Shown one piece after another: positions 13,585 through 27,144 of a DNA stretch of 64,000 nt. Source of the stretch: Leucoraja erinacea (lineage: Eukaryota); contig NC_073377.1 of NCBI RefSeq assembly GCF_028641065.1, forward strand, positions 73,532,001 through 73,596,000, in the 5' to 3' direction. The first letter of the stretch is position 1. Each line of letters opens with the position of its first letter. A program made the translations under genes and the position numbers. The notes under the pieces are model-generated. The model was not told the DNA's origin. It was given only the letters and a program-made list of their open reading frames with translations, and ran no database searches.

Positions 13585-14706
13585 CGCATCCAAGCGTTTT
13601 TCCATGGGAAGGAGTCCTCACCCCCAAGTGATGACCCCTTCTCCCGTCTCCATGACCTTCACCCCCCCTCCCCCCCCTCCCCTCATGGCCATCTACCTGC
13701 TTTAGAACTTTTCATTTTGCAGGACATCAACTTCTGCACTCCCCTTACTCACTCTAACTTCTCTCCCCCCCCCGAATGTGCAGCTCTCCACTCACTGTGC
13801 AACAACCCAGACTGGGTGATCAAACCCACCGACAAGGGAGGTGCCGTGGAAGTCTGGCACGCTGATCTCTACAAGGCTGAGACCAGGCGCCAACTCTCAG
13901 ACACCTCCTCCTATTTATCCTTGGACCATGACTCCACAGACGAGCACCAGTCCTTTATCTCAAACACTATCACTGGCTTCATCACTTCCGGCTCCCTGCC
14001 CTCCCAAGCCTCCAACCTCATCGTTCCCCAGTCCCCGCACAGCCCGATTTTACCTTCTTCCCCAAAATCCACAAACCTGATTGTCCTGGCAGACCCATTG
14101 TTTCTGCCTGTTCGTGTCCTACCGAACTTTTTTCCACATACCTCGACTCCATCCTATCCCCCCTGGTTAAATCCCTCCCTACCTATGTCCAAGACACCTC
14201 ACATGCTCTCCGTCTCCTCCATGACTTCCATTTTCCAGACCTCCATTCCCTCATCTTCACCATGGATGTCCAGTCACTCTACACCTCCACCCCTCACCAG
14301 GAGGGTCTTAAAGCCCTCCGTTTCTTCATCGACCGCAGAATCAACCAATCCCCGTCTACCGACACTCTCCTCTGCCTCCCAATTCCTCTGTCTACGCCAC
14401 ATCTGCACCCAGGATGAGGTGTTCCAAACCAGGGCATCAGTGATGTCCTAATTCTTTAAGGAACGGGGGTTCCCTTCTTCGACGATAGATGAAGCTCTCA
14501 CCAGGGTCTCTTCTATATCCCTTAGGTCCGCTCTCACTGCCCATCCCACCCACTCGTAACAAGGACACAGTCCCCCTTGTCCTCACCTTCCACCCTACCA
14601 CTAGTCACATACAACAGATAATCCTCCGACATTTTCGCCACCTCCAACGGGATCCCACCACTGGCCACATCTTCCCATCTCCTCCCCTTTTGGCTTTCCG
14701 CAGAGA
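13585..14706 (+). mobile_element. Penelope-like element fragment
   Basis: WVIKPTDKGGAVEVW, SQFLCLRHICTQDEVF, VPLVLTFHP; colinear with the 7787-10663 copy. Confidence 0.85.
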
Positions 14707-15641
14707 CAGAGGAGGTAGTTGAGGCAGGGACTATCCCAGCATTTAAGAAACAGTTAGACTGGTACATGGATAGGACAGGTTTGGAGGGATATGAACCAAG
14801 CTCGGGCAGATGGGACTCGTGTAGCCGGGATATGTTGGTCGGTGTGGGTAAATTTGGCCGAAGGGCCTGTGTCCACACCGTATCACTCTACGACTCTATG
14901 ATATTATTAAAGTTTCTTGCTAACACAAAAATCGCTATTTTCTGTTGTCTTAACATTAGTCGTGGAAGTATATATTAGAATTGGAATGGTGAGGAGGAAA
15001 CCAAAGATCATAAAATTGTCACCAAAGAATGAAGAATTAAGGATTTCCTTGGAGGTTTGTGGGATGTGGAATGTTTTACATGAAGCTGTGGTGAAATAGG
15101 TGTTAATAATAACTTTAAAAGGCAGATACATTTCGTAAAATTAAAATTGTAGATAAAGAGAGGGAACTCAGTGTATGTTTCTTCACAGAAGCTCTCCAAG
15201 TTAATCAGTTAAATTAGCAACCATTCCTATTACATTTACTAATAGTTGTATTAACATCTGTTGAAAGTTAGTTCTTGTTTGTGGGTTTTCAAAATTCTTC
15301 TGAATTCACACAGTGAAGGAGGATGGATTAGCTCAGTTTCAGAGTTGGGATTTCTGAAAGAGGTGATACAGGATATTATTAAGGTGAATCAGAGATCATT
15401 ATAAACTTGCTTTCTTCCATGTATATAAGTTTAAATCCAAGACCTGCGAACAAATTCAATGGCATTTCTTTAGCCCGTGAATTCCAAGTGCAGAGGGGAG
15501 CAAGAATTAGATATGGAACAAAGTGAAGTGGGAAGCTGGAAAACCTTAATTTAAATGGATGAGAATTTTTGGGCAGGAGGTCCAGATTTTTCAGAAATGG
15601 CAGATGGCGGCATAAACTTGGAAGTTGCCCAGAATTGTTCA

Positions 15642-17701
15642 GAGTCATATGTAGTAGAAAGGAAAATGACCAGAGAGAAGACCTGCAGGGGGTCAAAATA
15701 GGGGGGAAAGAACATATAATTGGTCTTTTCGCTGATGATATAATTATTTTTCTTGAACGACCAGATATAACTCCCAAATCTAATGAACCTATTTGAAACA
15801 TATGGATACTACTCGGGGTATAAATTGAATATAACAAAAACACAAATTCTTTCATTCAATTATTCTCCATCCCAACAAATCAGAGATGCATATAATCCGA
15901 AATGGAACTCTAAAATGATGCATTATCTTGGTGTAACTAAAAAGCAAAACACTTTCCAACTTGTTTGAAACTAATTATAACAAAATTGAAGAAAACATCA
16001 AAAAGGATGTTGAAAGATGGTCGACCCTTCCTCTAGACTTGAGTGCCAGAATACAAACGGTAAAAATGAATATCCTACCTAAACTACTATATTCATTCCA
16101 ATCTCTCCCAATTAACGTCCCCCGAGATAAATTCATAGCCTGGGATAAAATGATCTCTAGATTCATTTGGAATAGCAAAAAACCAAGAATAAAACTAACA
16201 ACACTTCAACTGCCGAAAAGCAAGGGGGGGAAATGGCTTTACCAAATCTGAGGAAATACTTTTATGCAGCTCAACTCAGACCTCTTGCTTGTTGGTGTAG
16301 ACCTGATTATTAATCTCGATGGAAACAAAATGGAAAGGGAGATACAGGGTTACCAGACCCAGATTTTGGTGGGAGACAAATATCTGAGAGGGGCTTTGAG
16401 ACCTGCTATGGATGCAATAGTAGCATTTACGTTAGAAATATGGAATGTTATAGTGGAAAAATACAAATTAAAAAAAGGGTTCAAGCATTGAAGTGGTTCG
16501 CATATGATTCAAAGTTTAAGCCAGGGGTGTATGATTCAAAATTCAAAGAATGGGCACAAAAAGGCATAACGGCAATGTATACAGTTTCAGGAAATGGCGA
16601 GTTTATGAGCTTCCAAGATTTAAAGTCAAAGTGTGGTCTCGAAAACAAAGATTTTTTTAGATACTTGCAATTAAGAGACTACTTTACAAAAGAGATAAGG
16701 CCAGAACTAGATGAAAATTCAAATAATGTGATCAAGGTGATTGTGGATGCATACAAACAGAAGGGGTCTCGGGTCATCTCTGCTTTCTACCAAGCTCTGG
16801 TGGAAAGCGAGGGAGAATCAACGCTCTACATAAAAACAAAATGGGAAGCAGAATTAAAGATTCAAATAACAGAAGAAGAATGGTATCAAATGTGTGAAAC
16901 ACAATGTTCATCCACAAGCTCACTAGAATGGAGAGAATTTTGCTGGAAGAATCTATCTCGCTTTTTTATAACACCCAAAATAAAAAGCAGCTTGCTGTCC
17001 AACAACACTGTTGGAGGCTGTGTGGGAGTACGGAGGCAGACCACTCGCATATTTTCTGGAACTGTGTAAAGATAAGGCCATACTGGGAAAATGTTAATGC
17101 AGCTGTAAATAATATCTTGGGTTATAAAATCCCAAATACCTGCCCTGTGATGTATCTGGGGCGTATTAAAGATAGTGTAAAAATAGAAGATACATATTTG
17201 ATTAAAGTTTTGCTTGCAGCAAGTAAGAAGGCCATTACCAGGCAGTGGCTTAATGAAAAAAGTCCAAAACAGGAACAGTGGTTAGAAATTGTGCGAGACC
17301 TTTAATATGGAGAAATTGACATATTCCTTGAGAGTCAAGGAAAATTCATTTGAGAAGATCTGGGAAAAATGGACTGTTTATTTGAGCCATGACACCAATT
17401 AGATAAATGCCGAGCTAGATATGGGACGATTGCGTTATATAGAACTAGATGGTATGTTTGTATGAATGTTGAATTATCTCCAGATAACTAATCAATGTAA
17501 TGTTTTTTTCTTTTTTTAATTTGGTAAATGAACCACACGGTCTTATTCCAATTTTTTTATTTATTTATTCCCACCCCCCCCCGATCTACTTATTTTTTTA
17601 TTTTGATTGCTGTTTTTCTTACTTTGTTTTATTTATGGTGATGGTGTTGCACTGTTTTGAATATATCTCTTAAAAATCAATAAAAATTTAAGAAAAAAAA
17701 A
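15642..17701 (+). mobile_element. L1/Tx1-clade LINE, 5'-truncated, with poly(A) and 11-bp TSD
   Basis: [36 protein letters not shown]...HSHIFWNC zinc knuckle; AATAAA plus A-tail; AGAATTGTTCA at 15631-15641 and 17702-17712. Confidence 0.9.
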
Positions 17702-17740
17702 AGAATTGTTCATCTGATGCATATGTATCTTTTTTAACAG

Positions 17741-17851
17741 CTGCTGGATTATGAACTCATTCATAAGAACATGTTGAAACCAGCTTTTATTTTTGATGGC
17801 AGACGAGTTCTGGATGAACTCCATCCAAAACTTCAGAAGTTGGGATTCCAG
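17741..17851 (+). CDS. UGDH: UGDH penultimate exon
   Basis: tttttaacag|...CAG|gtataa; [37 protein letters not shown]. Confidence 0.96.
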
Positions 17852-18007
17852 GTATAAAGAGCTTGAATTTCTCTTTCTAACATGAAGGCAGTTTTTTGAT
17901 TTTAAAGATTTGTTTACAGAGCTGTATTTGAAGTTTTTTCAAATAGATTTCAGATAATCTAGAATTTCATATTTTGATTAAATGTTCTTTGAACCCGTTG
18001 CTTCCAG

Positions 18008-18118
18008 GTTGAGACCATTGGCAAAAAGATCACTGTTCAGAGGATTCCTTTCACACCCACAGCTGAAGTTCCCAAGTTCAGTCTTCAGGAACCTCCTCTG
18101 AAGAAAGTCAAGTTGTAA
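18008..18118 (+). CDS. UGDH: UGDH last coding exon (to TAA)
   Basis: cttccag|GTT...; [36 protein letters not shown]. Confidence 0.96.
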   Translation, partial: VETIGKKITVQRIPFTPTAEVPKFSLQEPPLKKVKL

Positions 18119-18754
18119 ATATGGATAATCATTATGTATGTTTTTACTGTGCAATTACACTTGGATGAAAAAAAAACATATTTTTTTAATTGTATTTATT
18201 AAATGAATGGATAACCTAATTAGTTTGTAAAAAGACACTTGTTCTTTGGTAGTCCTACACTGATAATAATATTTTCTTTCCTCTTAAGTTTTTTTCTTCT
18301 TCCCTGGTTGCTAATTTGCAGCAGCTGCCTACTTTATCTGTATGCCTAGGCAGAAATGACAAACAGATTGGGTGACCTTACAGGGCGATTCTATCTGACT
18401 TCCATACATGTGCATTTTTCAGCTTCCTTGAGGCTTCTCAACTTCCTTAAAATTGAAGATAAAACTGAAAAAGCTGGAAATACGCAGTATATCAGCTTGC
18501 ATCTAGGGAGAGAGAACCCAAGTTAACACCCTGAAAAGAAATGCGGTGAATTAAGCTGTAATCAAAAAATAGTTGCTGGAATTGAATTTAGAACTAATAG
18601 TCAGCAGACCAAGCAGCATCTCCATAGATGCTGACCTTTCTGCTTTTTTTATTTCATCTGTCATTTCTTGCTTTCTACTCCAATTGCCACCTTGACTGAA
18701 ATTAAATGGTTCTTCACAGACAAGGAGTTAAATGTGAGAACTTTCCAGACTAAA

Positions 18755-19542
18755 CATAACAACAGGAAAGCAGACTATTATCTAAATGGTGGCCGATTGG
18801 GAAAAGGGGAGATGCAGCAAGACCTGGGTGTCATGGTACACCAGTCATTGAAGGTAGGCATGCAGGTGCAGCAAGCAGTAAAGAAAGCGAATGGTATGTT
18901 AGCTTTCATTGCAAAAGGATTTGAGTATAGGAGCAGGGAGGTTCTACTGCAGTTGTACAGGGTCTTGGTGAGACCACACCTGGAGTATTGCATACAGTTT
19001 TGGTCTCCAAATCTGAGGAAGGACATTATTGCCATAGAGGGAGTGCAGAGACGGTTCACCAGACTGATTCCTGGGATGTCAGGACTGTCTTATGAAGAAA
19101 GACTGGATAGACTTGGTTTATACTCTCTAGAATTTAGAAGATTGAGAGGGGATCTTATAGAAACTTACAAAATTCTTAAGGGGTTGGACAGGCTAGATGC
19201 AGGAAGATTGTTCCCGATGTTAGGGAAGTCCAGGACAAGGGGTCACAGCTTAAGGATAAAGGGGAAATCCTTTAAAACCAAGATGAGAAGAACTTTTTTT
19301 TTCACGCAGAGAGTGGTGAATCTCTGGAACTCTCTGCCACAGAGGGTAGTTGAGGCCAGTTCATTGGCTATATTTAAGAGGGAGTTAGATGTGGCCCTTG
19401 TGGCTAAGGGGATCAGGGGGTATGGAGAGAAGGCAGGTACGGGATACTGAGTTGGATGATCAGCCATGATCATATTGAATGGCGGTGCAGGCTCGAAGGG
19501 CCGAATGGCCTACTCCTGCACCTAATTTCTATGTTTCTATGT
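18755..19542 (+). mobile_element. Young CR1 LINE 3' fragment just downstream of the UGDH stop
   Basis: open ORF2 C-terminus (RPHLEYC...RVVNLWNSLP...AGTGY*), (TTTCTATG)n tail; near-identical to the 39437-41263 copy. Confidence 0.92.
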
Positions 19543-20874
19543 AACTATCAAATGAACCTATCGTGACAACGTGCAAAATGCAGTTACGTTTATTGACAAA
19601 TATTTTTCCTTTATTAAATTCTGAATTTAATATTTACACTTGATCCCCGCCCCTCTCCCGCCTAAGAAATTAGATATTTAAAATTGATCGTGAAGAGAGC
19701 ATGTTAGCTTGCACATCAGTAAAATGCTAGAGTTTTCATACTTTATTGACTAAGTTTAGAATTCTGCATTCCCTCAAATGATTACCTTCTGAAAAGCACA
19801 CCCGGAGTCCTATCCAAAAATTCAAGAATAATTGTTAGAAATAGCTTGAGAAATAATTTTCTTTAATATTTTGTTTTCCACACAAAAATGAATACATTGT
19901 TTGTAAACTAATTTCTGGCCATTTATTAGTAGCAATTCAAAAGTAAGCTGGACAGGTAAAAATTGAATTACCTGTGTTGTAGTTTATCATCTGCATCACT
20001 TTGTATTTTACATTTGCTGAAAAAGTACAGTATGATAAAATGTTGCTTTACTATACACAACCAAGATGCATTGTTTTTATTCATAGGCATCAAATGTTGC
20101 ACACATCCAACATATCGTGATCATAGTGCACATCTCATGACTCAGCATATATAAATAGCACTTCTGTTAATCCATTTTACAGAGGAATTTATATTAACCT
20201 TCAGTTAAATGGCGGTAAAATGGTTCAATCCGGTAGCATAGCTAGAGGTGAATCAAATTTAGAACAATAGGCTGGATCCTTTTGGTAGGAACACAATTTT
20301 AATTATAGCGTTTTGGATGTCCCTAAAATCATATAGATCAACACTTTAGACCAATGAGGTAGGAAAATAAATCATTCTTATGATTGTTCTCTTGAATGAT
20401 GTACTGAATTACTAAATTGCTCAATAAATTAATAATCATTATTGCCCAGGACACAGAAACATAGCTGTCTTGTATTCACATTGCAAACTCTTGTGCAATG
20501 ACCAATCTGTGTAAAATCATCGGAAAATCAATCGATTTGTTTGCAGAGACAAGGTTGAGACGTACCAAGGTGTTTTTTGTGGAATGCGCCTCCAAAATTA
20601 TAGCCAAATTTAAATGGATTCTTGTTAAGATAAAAAAAATCTCTCGAAGAAACTGAAAAGAGATCCATCTGGAATAAGGGTCAATAACAACATTGACTAC
20701 CAACACAGGTGGTTCAGGACCATCTATCAGTTCTTCTCTGAGCAACTCTGCATAGATAACACAGTCCAAACTTGCCCATTGCCCATTAATAAATCCAAAA
20801 GCATTAAATTAGGCATGCCCGGAAGTACAAAAAACTGTTTAACAAATAATTAATTAGACAGTTGTCAGTGTCAT

Positions 20875-20927
20875 CTAACTTGGCTCAGCCACTCGTTTAT
20901 TAAGGAGCTTCTTCATGAAATATTCAC
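20875..20927 (-). CDS. LIAS: Lipoyl synthase (mitochondrial), last coding exon
   Basis: minus strand ttcattcag|GT GAA TAT...TAG; GEYFMKKLLNKRVAEPS*. Confidence 0.9.
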
Positions 20928-22690
20928 CTGAATGAAAATAGAATAAGGAAAAATGTTATAAAAGATCTTATTAGCAATTTTTCTTATCATTGCTTCCTAC
21001 CAGCTGAGGGGCCTTGTATTTTTTATCATCCAAAATCTATCAATCCTAGACTTGAACATACTCAACAATGTGCATCAGCAGGTAAAGAGTTATAAATATT
21101 TATAAACCCTCAGTCTGAAAAAAATGTGTTTTCATCTCAGTTCTGAGTGGCCGTAATTCTCACCAGATGGGGTAGACAGTCAGAACCTTTTTCACAGGTG
21201 TAAATGTCAAAGACTAGAGGGCATAGCATTAGAATAGAATGCCATTTATTGTCATTCAAACAAATTTCATTCCAGAATCTAGCAAGATAAAATGTTCCCT
21301 CAACCCCCCCCCCCACCCCATATATACACATCTAAACGGGACAACACAAAAAAAAGACGGATGGACTGCAGTCGAGCCGCTGCCACATGGTGCTGCCACT
21401 GAAATTAAGGTGAGAGGGGTAAAGTTTAAAGGAAATGGGCAGGGGAAATGTATTTGTACAGAGAGTGGTGAGTGCTTTGAATGTGCTGCCTCAGGTGGTG
21501 GAGGGGTCAGATAAGATAGTGGCATTTAAGAGACTTTTAGATAGGTACATGGATATACAAGAGGTGGAGGGATGTGGATCCTGTGCTGACATAGGAGATT
21601 AGTTTATCCTGGCATCATGTTCAACACAGACATTGCCTTAAGAGCCTGTTTATGCGCTGTACTGCTCCATGTTCTATGTTCACTCTAAGACTCTGCTCCC
21701 CATTTCTCAGAAAGCAATGTTTATTGCAATAAAACTACTTTAATTCTTATAAACTCCAATTTTGCCAGGCTAAATATATCAATCCAATTGTACTCTTTTA
21801 ATGTAAATTAGATCTTTTCTCGGCTATGAAGAACAAAATCCACACAGTTCTCTTGTTACAGGCCTTCACCAAAGGCCCGTAACAATTCCAATAAGACTGC
21901 ATTATTTTCATAACTCAACCCTCATTCAATGGTTAAAATACCATTTGTTTTTGAGATTGCTGTAACTGAACATCAATTTTATGAGTTCAAAAACCAACAT
22001 GCAAGATCCATCTGTACATCAATATTTATGATTTTCCACCATTTAAAAGATCTTTTCTATTCTTAAAGTAAACAATTTCACTCTTTCTCAAATGAAAGCC
22101 CATGATCAACTTTGTTAACAGTGGTTTTTATTGTTGGTATCCATTTGCATCCTCACATTTCACTTTCCTATCTAACTTGGTATCATCAGCAACTATGTAG
22201 ACAGCACAGTGGCACAATAGGTGATATTGCTGCCCACAGCTCCAGTCACCAGCGTTTGATCATGATGCTGTCTGTGCAGAGTTTCCATGTTCTTCTCCCT
22301 GTGAGCAGGCAAGTTTTCCCTGGCTGCTCTGTTTTCTTCCCACATCACCAAAGACAGTAGTTATGGGATAATTGCCAATTGTAAATTGCCACCTGTTTTG
22401 GTGGCTTGAAGAATCAGGATGGAGATGATGGACACGTGAGAGAGAATAGATTATAAAGAAATAAGAGGAGAAGTGGGACTCATAGTAAAGACTAGATGGG
22501 CCTTAACAATAGACAATAGGTGAAGGAGTAGGCCATTCGGCCCTTCGAGCCAGCACCGCCATTCACTGGGATCATGGCTGATCATCCACAATCAGTACCC
22601 TGTTCCTGCCTTCTCCCCATATCCCTTGACTCTGCTTTCTTTAAGAGCTCTGTCTAACTTCAACGTTACTAGGAAATGTTAGCTACTCAC

Positions 22691-22802
22691 CTGCTTTGTA
22701 CGAAGAGCGCACCAAGGGTCCACTGGCAGTGAAAAGGAATCCAAGCTCATTACCCACATTTTCCCAGTATTTAAACTTCTCTGGAGTTATGTACTCATCC
22801 AC
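22691..22802 (-). CDS. LIAS: LIAS exon
   Basis: [37 protein letters not shown] (RSSY motif); AG and gtgagt boundaries. Confidence 0.96.
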
Positions 22803-23088
22803 CTACGGAAAGTGAAACGGTTATTGAGGGGGGAAAGAATCATCAAGCCCAGAAAGACAAATATTTAATCAGTGTTAATGAGCATGTATTGGCATAGTAA
22901 TGTCAATGACAATGTATTGTTAATAATGAATGTGAAATGTATAGGCTCGCTGCTAGAATCAACTCCTGGAAGTGCAGTAAATATAACAGTAGAAATCTTA
23001 AATGTCTTAAAAAATAGATCTTTAGTTTCACTGAATATTCAAGCTTGATTTTCAGACCACATGACCTTTTTCCAGAACTGTGGCTCAT

Positions 23089-24273
23089 TTAAGTACTTTT
23101 TGGCAAACTGTAACCTAGCCGTCCTATTTTTGCGGCTAACATTTGGGTTGCATTTGGCAGTGTACCTCTGTATTTCTGTTCATGAAATCTTCTGCGGAAA
23201 GGTGTTTGGGGATTTTTCTTTATCTTAGGAGAATTTTTCTGTCAAACTGTGGAGGTCTTCCTTGGCCTGCCAGTCCCTTTGCGATTAGTAAGCTCACCAG
23301 TGCTTTCTTTCTTCTTAATGATGTTCCAAACAGTTGATTTTGGTAAGCCTAAGGTTTGGCTGATGTATCTAACAGTTTTATTCTTGTTTTTTGTCTGATA
23401 ATGGCTGCTTTGACTTTCATTGGCAGTGTACCTCTGAATTTGAGGAAAGCATTTTTGCTATTGAGGGAGTGCAGCATAGGTTCACTAGGTTAATTCCCGG
23501 GATGGCAGGACTGTCATATGTTGATAGAATGGAGCGGCTGGGCTTGTATACTTTGGAATTTAGGATGAGAGGGGATCCTATTAAAAATAAGATTATTAAG
23601 GGTTCGGACAGGCTAGAGGCAGGAAACAGGTTCCCGGTGTTGGGGGAGTCCAGAACCAGGGGCCACAGTTTAAGAATAAAGGGGAAGCCATTTAGCATGG
23701 AGATGAGGATTTTTTTTTTTCCACACACAGGAGTCGTGAATCTGTGGAAATTCTCTGCCTCAGAGGCCGATTCTCTGGATGCTTTCAAGAGAGAGTTAGA
23801 TGGAGCTCTTTTAGATAGTGGAGTCATGGGTTATGGGGAGAAGGCAGTAACGGGATCCTGATTGTGGATAATCAGCCATGATCACTTTGAATGGTGGTGC
23901 TGACTCGGAGGGTCGAATGGCCTACTCCTGAGCCTATTGTCTATAAACAGCAATAAAAGTTTCCAAAGGTGATGGAAAGACTGGAGGAAAGACTAGGTGT
24001 TGAGAGCTCCCTTATACCTGCATTAAGGAGGCAATTAAACACACCTGAGCCATTACAAACACCTATGAGGCCGTGTGTCCCAAATATTATGGTGCCCTGA
24101 AATGGGGGAACTATGTATAAATACAGCTGTAATTTCTACATGGTGAAACCAAACTGTATAAAAATACAATTTAATAAAATCTGACAATGCACTATTACAA
24201 ATCTCAAATTGTAGAGTACAGAGGCAAATAAATAAATGATGGGTCTTTGTCCCAAACATTATGGAGGGCCCTG
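23089..24273 (-). mobile_element. Second Tc1 remnant, interrupted by a CR1 3' fragment (about 23438-23945, +)
   Basis: ends GTCCCAAACATTATGGAGGGCCCTG|TA, the reverse complement of the TIR at 12159. Confidence 0.82.
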
Positions 24274-24703
24274 TACACCACATTAAACACAATTTACAAA
24301 TAGTGTGCCTTTTTATTCCAGTAACCTGGTGAATGATTCAAATCTAGACTGAAGAGCTGAAATATCTATCATGTCGTCAACCGTTTGTTAGATTAAGAAT
24401 CACAAATGTTTAATTGTCATATGAACTGGAACAATTAAATTCCAGGAAAATATCCCAAATTTGCCAATAATTAGGGATTTTGTACGCTTATGGGAGTAAC
24501 AAATATAATTACTCCAAAGCACTGACATCAATCACATTGTTCAATATGCGTACTTGCACAAAAAAAAATGTGTTCCAGATTGGCAAGGAACATGAGCAGT
24601 GCCTGTGCCAGCTCACCAAAATAGTCTTACGTTAATAGAACATTATTCAAATTAGACACAAGGGCATCACTACTAGGAACTTTTCCATTTGTGCAAAGTG
24701 TAC

Positions 24704-24774
24704 CTTTAGATGTCGTTTTGTCGGCTGCATGTACTGTCCTAATGTTACGCAATCCACGCCAGACTCTCGTAGTT
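24704..24774 (-). CDS. LIAS: LIAS exon
   Basis: [23 protein letters not shown]; cag and gtacac boundaries. Confidence 0.95.
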
Positions 24775-24869
24775 CTGTGAGATAACAAAATATAATCAGT
24801 GCACTCATTATCAGATACAAAAGTTTTGTGGCTCTGGTGTACCGCACCATGTACTCCTTCTTCAGAGTT

Positions 24870-27135
24870 AACCTAAGGTGCAGACAGAAAATAGGATGAC
24901 CACCAGGAAGGATAAAGGGAGTTGGCAGAGTGGAGGAATCCCTTGTGGCCATTCTCTTGAAAACATTTATACCCTTTTGCCTACAGCTGGATGACGGAGA
25001 GGGGGGACGGGGAGGATGAGATGACTGTTCAGAGAAATCTCCCACTAATTCAGCAGCAGCCTGGTCTGTGGCACCAAGGATGTCTGAGACACAGCAGGAT
25101 AGGGCGATAGGTAGAGGACACTCTATACTTAGAGCAATAAGACATGAGAGGGGGGTTGGGGGCAGGATGAGCAGCCAGAGGTCATACTAAATATCAACGT
25201 GAGTGGGAAAAGGTATGAGGTCCTAAGGAGTAAATGTAGAGGGTTAGGAAAGAGGTTAAAAAGCAGGACCTCGAGATTGGTCATCTCTGGATTTCTCCCA
25301 GTGCCTAGTGCAGGAATAGAAGGGTAAATACAAGGTTGAAAAGTCAATGCAAGGGTTCAGGTTTTTGGATCATTGGTATCTCGACAAGAGACGGGTTGTA
25401 CCTGAACTGGAGGGGAACCAATATCCTGCGATGTAGATATGCCAATACTACTTTGGAGGGTCTGGACTGTCAGGGGGAGCGTCCCAGAGCAGAAAGGGGG
25501 CAAGTGAGAGGTTGGGAGCAAATAATTTAGTCAAAGTGAGCAAGGTTTGCAGACAGGACAGGCAGATTACATGGTAAAGAGAGAAAAAGAGTGATGGTTT
25601 AAACTATGGTTGACAAACTCAGGCTGTGGATTGGCTCGGGCGACTAAGATATTACAGACATAAGCAGAGATAGAATGATTCTTGATTAGTATGGGTGTCA
25701 GAGGTTATGGGAAGGGAGGTGAATGGGGTTAGGAGGGAGAGATAGATCAGCCGTGATTGAATGGCAGAGTAGACTTGATGGGCCGAAAAGCATAATTCTG
25801 CTCCTTTCACTTATGATAACAGAAACATGGCTGAGAGAAGGGCTGGGTTGGCAGCTCAATGATCCAGGGTAAAGATGCTGCAGGCATCCCAGAGATGTGG
25901 GTAAGTGGGGGGGGGGGATGTTGCCTTTCATATCAAGGAGAATAACAACAGTGCTTACTGAGGACATTCTTGGAGGATCGTCCATTGAGGTTATAAGGGT
26001 AGAACTTACAAATAGGAAATGAATGATCACTTTGATGGCATTATAGGCTCCCAATAGTCAGTGAATTGGAGGAGCAGGTGTGTAGGGCTATTGCAGATGT
26101 TGTAAAAACAATGGGGTAGTATTGGGAGATTTCAACTTCCCTTATATTGACCGGGTTGGACGGGTGGAATTTGTTTAATCAACATATAGGAGAGGGTGCA
26201 ACACTGGACCTCCTCTTGGGGAACCAGGTAGATCATGTGACTGAAGTGTCTGTGCAGGAGCACTCTGGAACCAGTGACCATAATTCCATTAGTTTTTAAA
26301 AAGCTGTGGAGAAGAATAGGACACGTGTAAGTCTGCTAGTATAACAAGTGTAGAAGTAGGATTATGGTAATCATGAAGATAAAAAGAGGACATGGAATGG
26401 AGCAGGTAGGCAAAGCAAAGGAAAATCCCAAGAGATTCTATAGATAAAGACTGTCTTTATATAGAACCACAAGTGAATAATTCCATTAGTTTTTAAAAAG
26501 CTGTGGAGAAGAATAGGACACGTGTAAGTCTGCTAGTATAACAAGTGTAGAAGTAGGATTATGGTAATCAAGAAGATAAAAAGAGGACAGGTAGACATAG
26601 CAAAGGAAAATCCCAAGAGATTCTATAGGTAAAGATTGTCTTTATATGGAACCACAAGAGATGAGGGAGAGATTCAATGAATACTTCTCATCCATTTGTA
26701 CTGAGGAGATGATGGAAGCTAAGGAATTGATGCAAAGGAGTTGCAATGCCTTAGAATTACAAACTACCACAAAGGAGGTACTGCGGTTTTAAACTGCATT
26801 ATGGTGGATAAATCCCCAGCACCTGACCCAGCACATCTTCTGATCTCATGGGAAGCTAGGAGGAAATTTGTGGAGGCCCTTGCAGAGATGTTTGCATCAT
26901 CTTTGGCAGCAGGTGGTTCCAGAAACTGGAGGGTGGCTTATGTTGTATCATTATTTGAGAAGGGCAAGAAATTATCTGACATCAGTGTTGGAAAAGTTAT
27001 TGGAAGAGATTCTTAGGGACAGGATGGAATAACATTTGGATAGACAGGGATTGATTAGGGATAGCCAGCACAGCTTTCGCATGGGGAATCGTGCCTCTCA
27101 AATATGATCAATTTAAAAAAAAATGTTTTTTGAGG
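24870..27135 (+). mobile_element. Old, decayed CR1 (ORF1 esterase-like part, ORF2 endonuclease/RT pieces)
   Basis: DGLYLNWRGTNIL (ORF1), GDFNFP endonuclease motif, DKSPAPD and NWRVAYVVSLFEKG remnants. Confidence 0.7.
26280..26657 (+). repeat. Tandem duplication, unit about 190 bp
   Basis: ataattccattagtttttaaaaagctgtggagaag...gaaccacaag starts at 26280 and again at 26477. Confidence 0.9.
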
Positions 27136-27144
27136 TATGACCTA

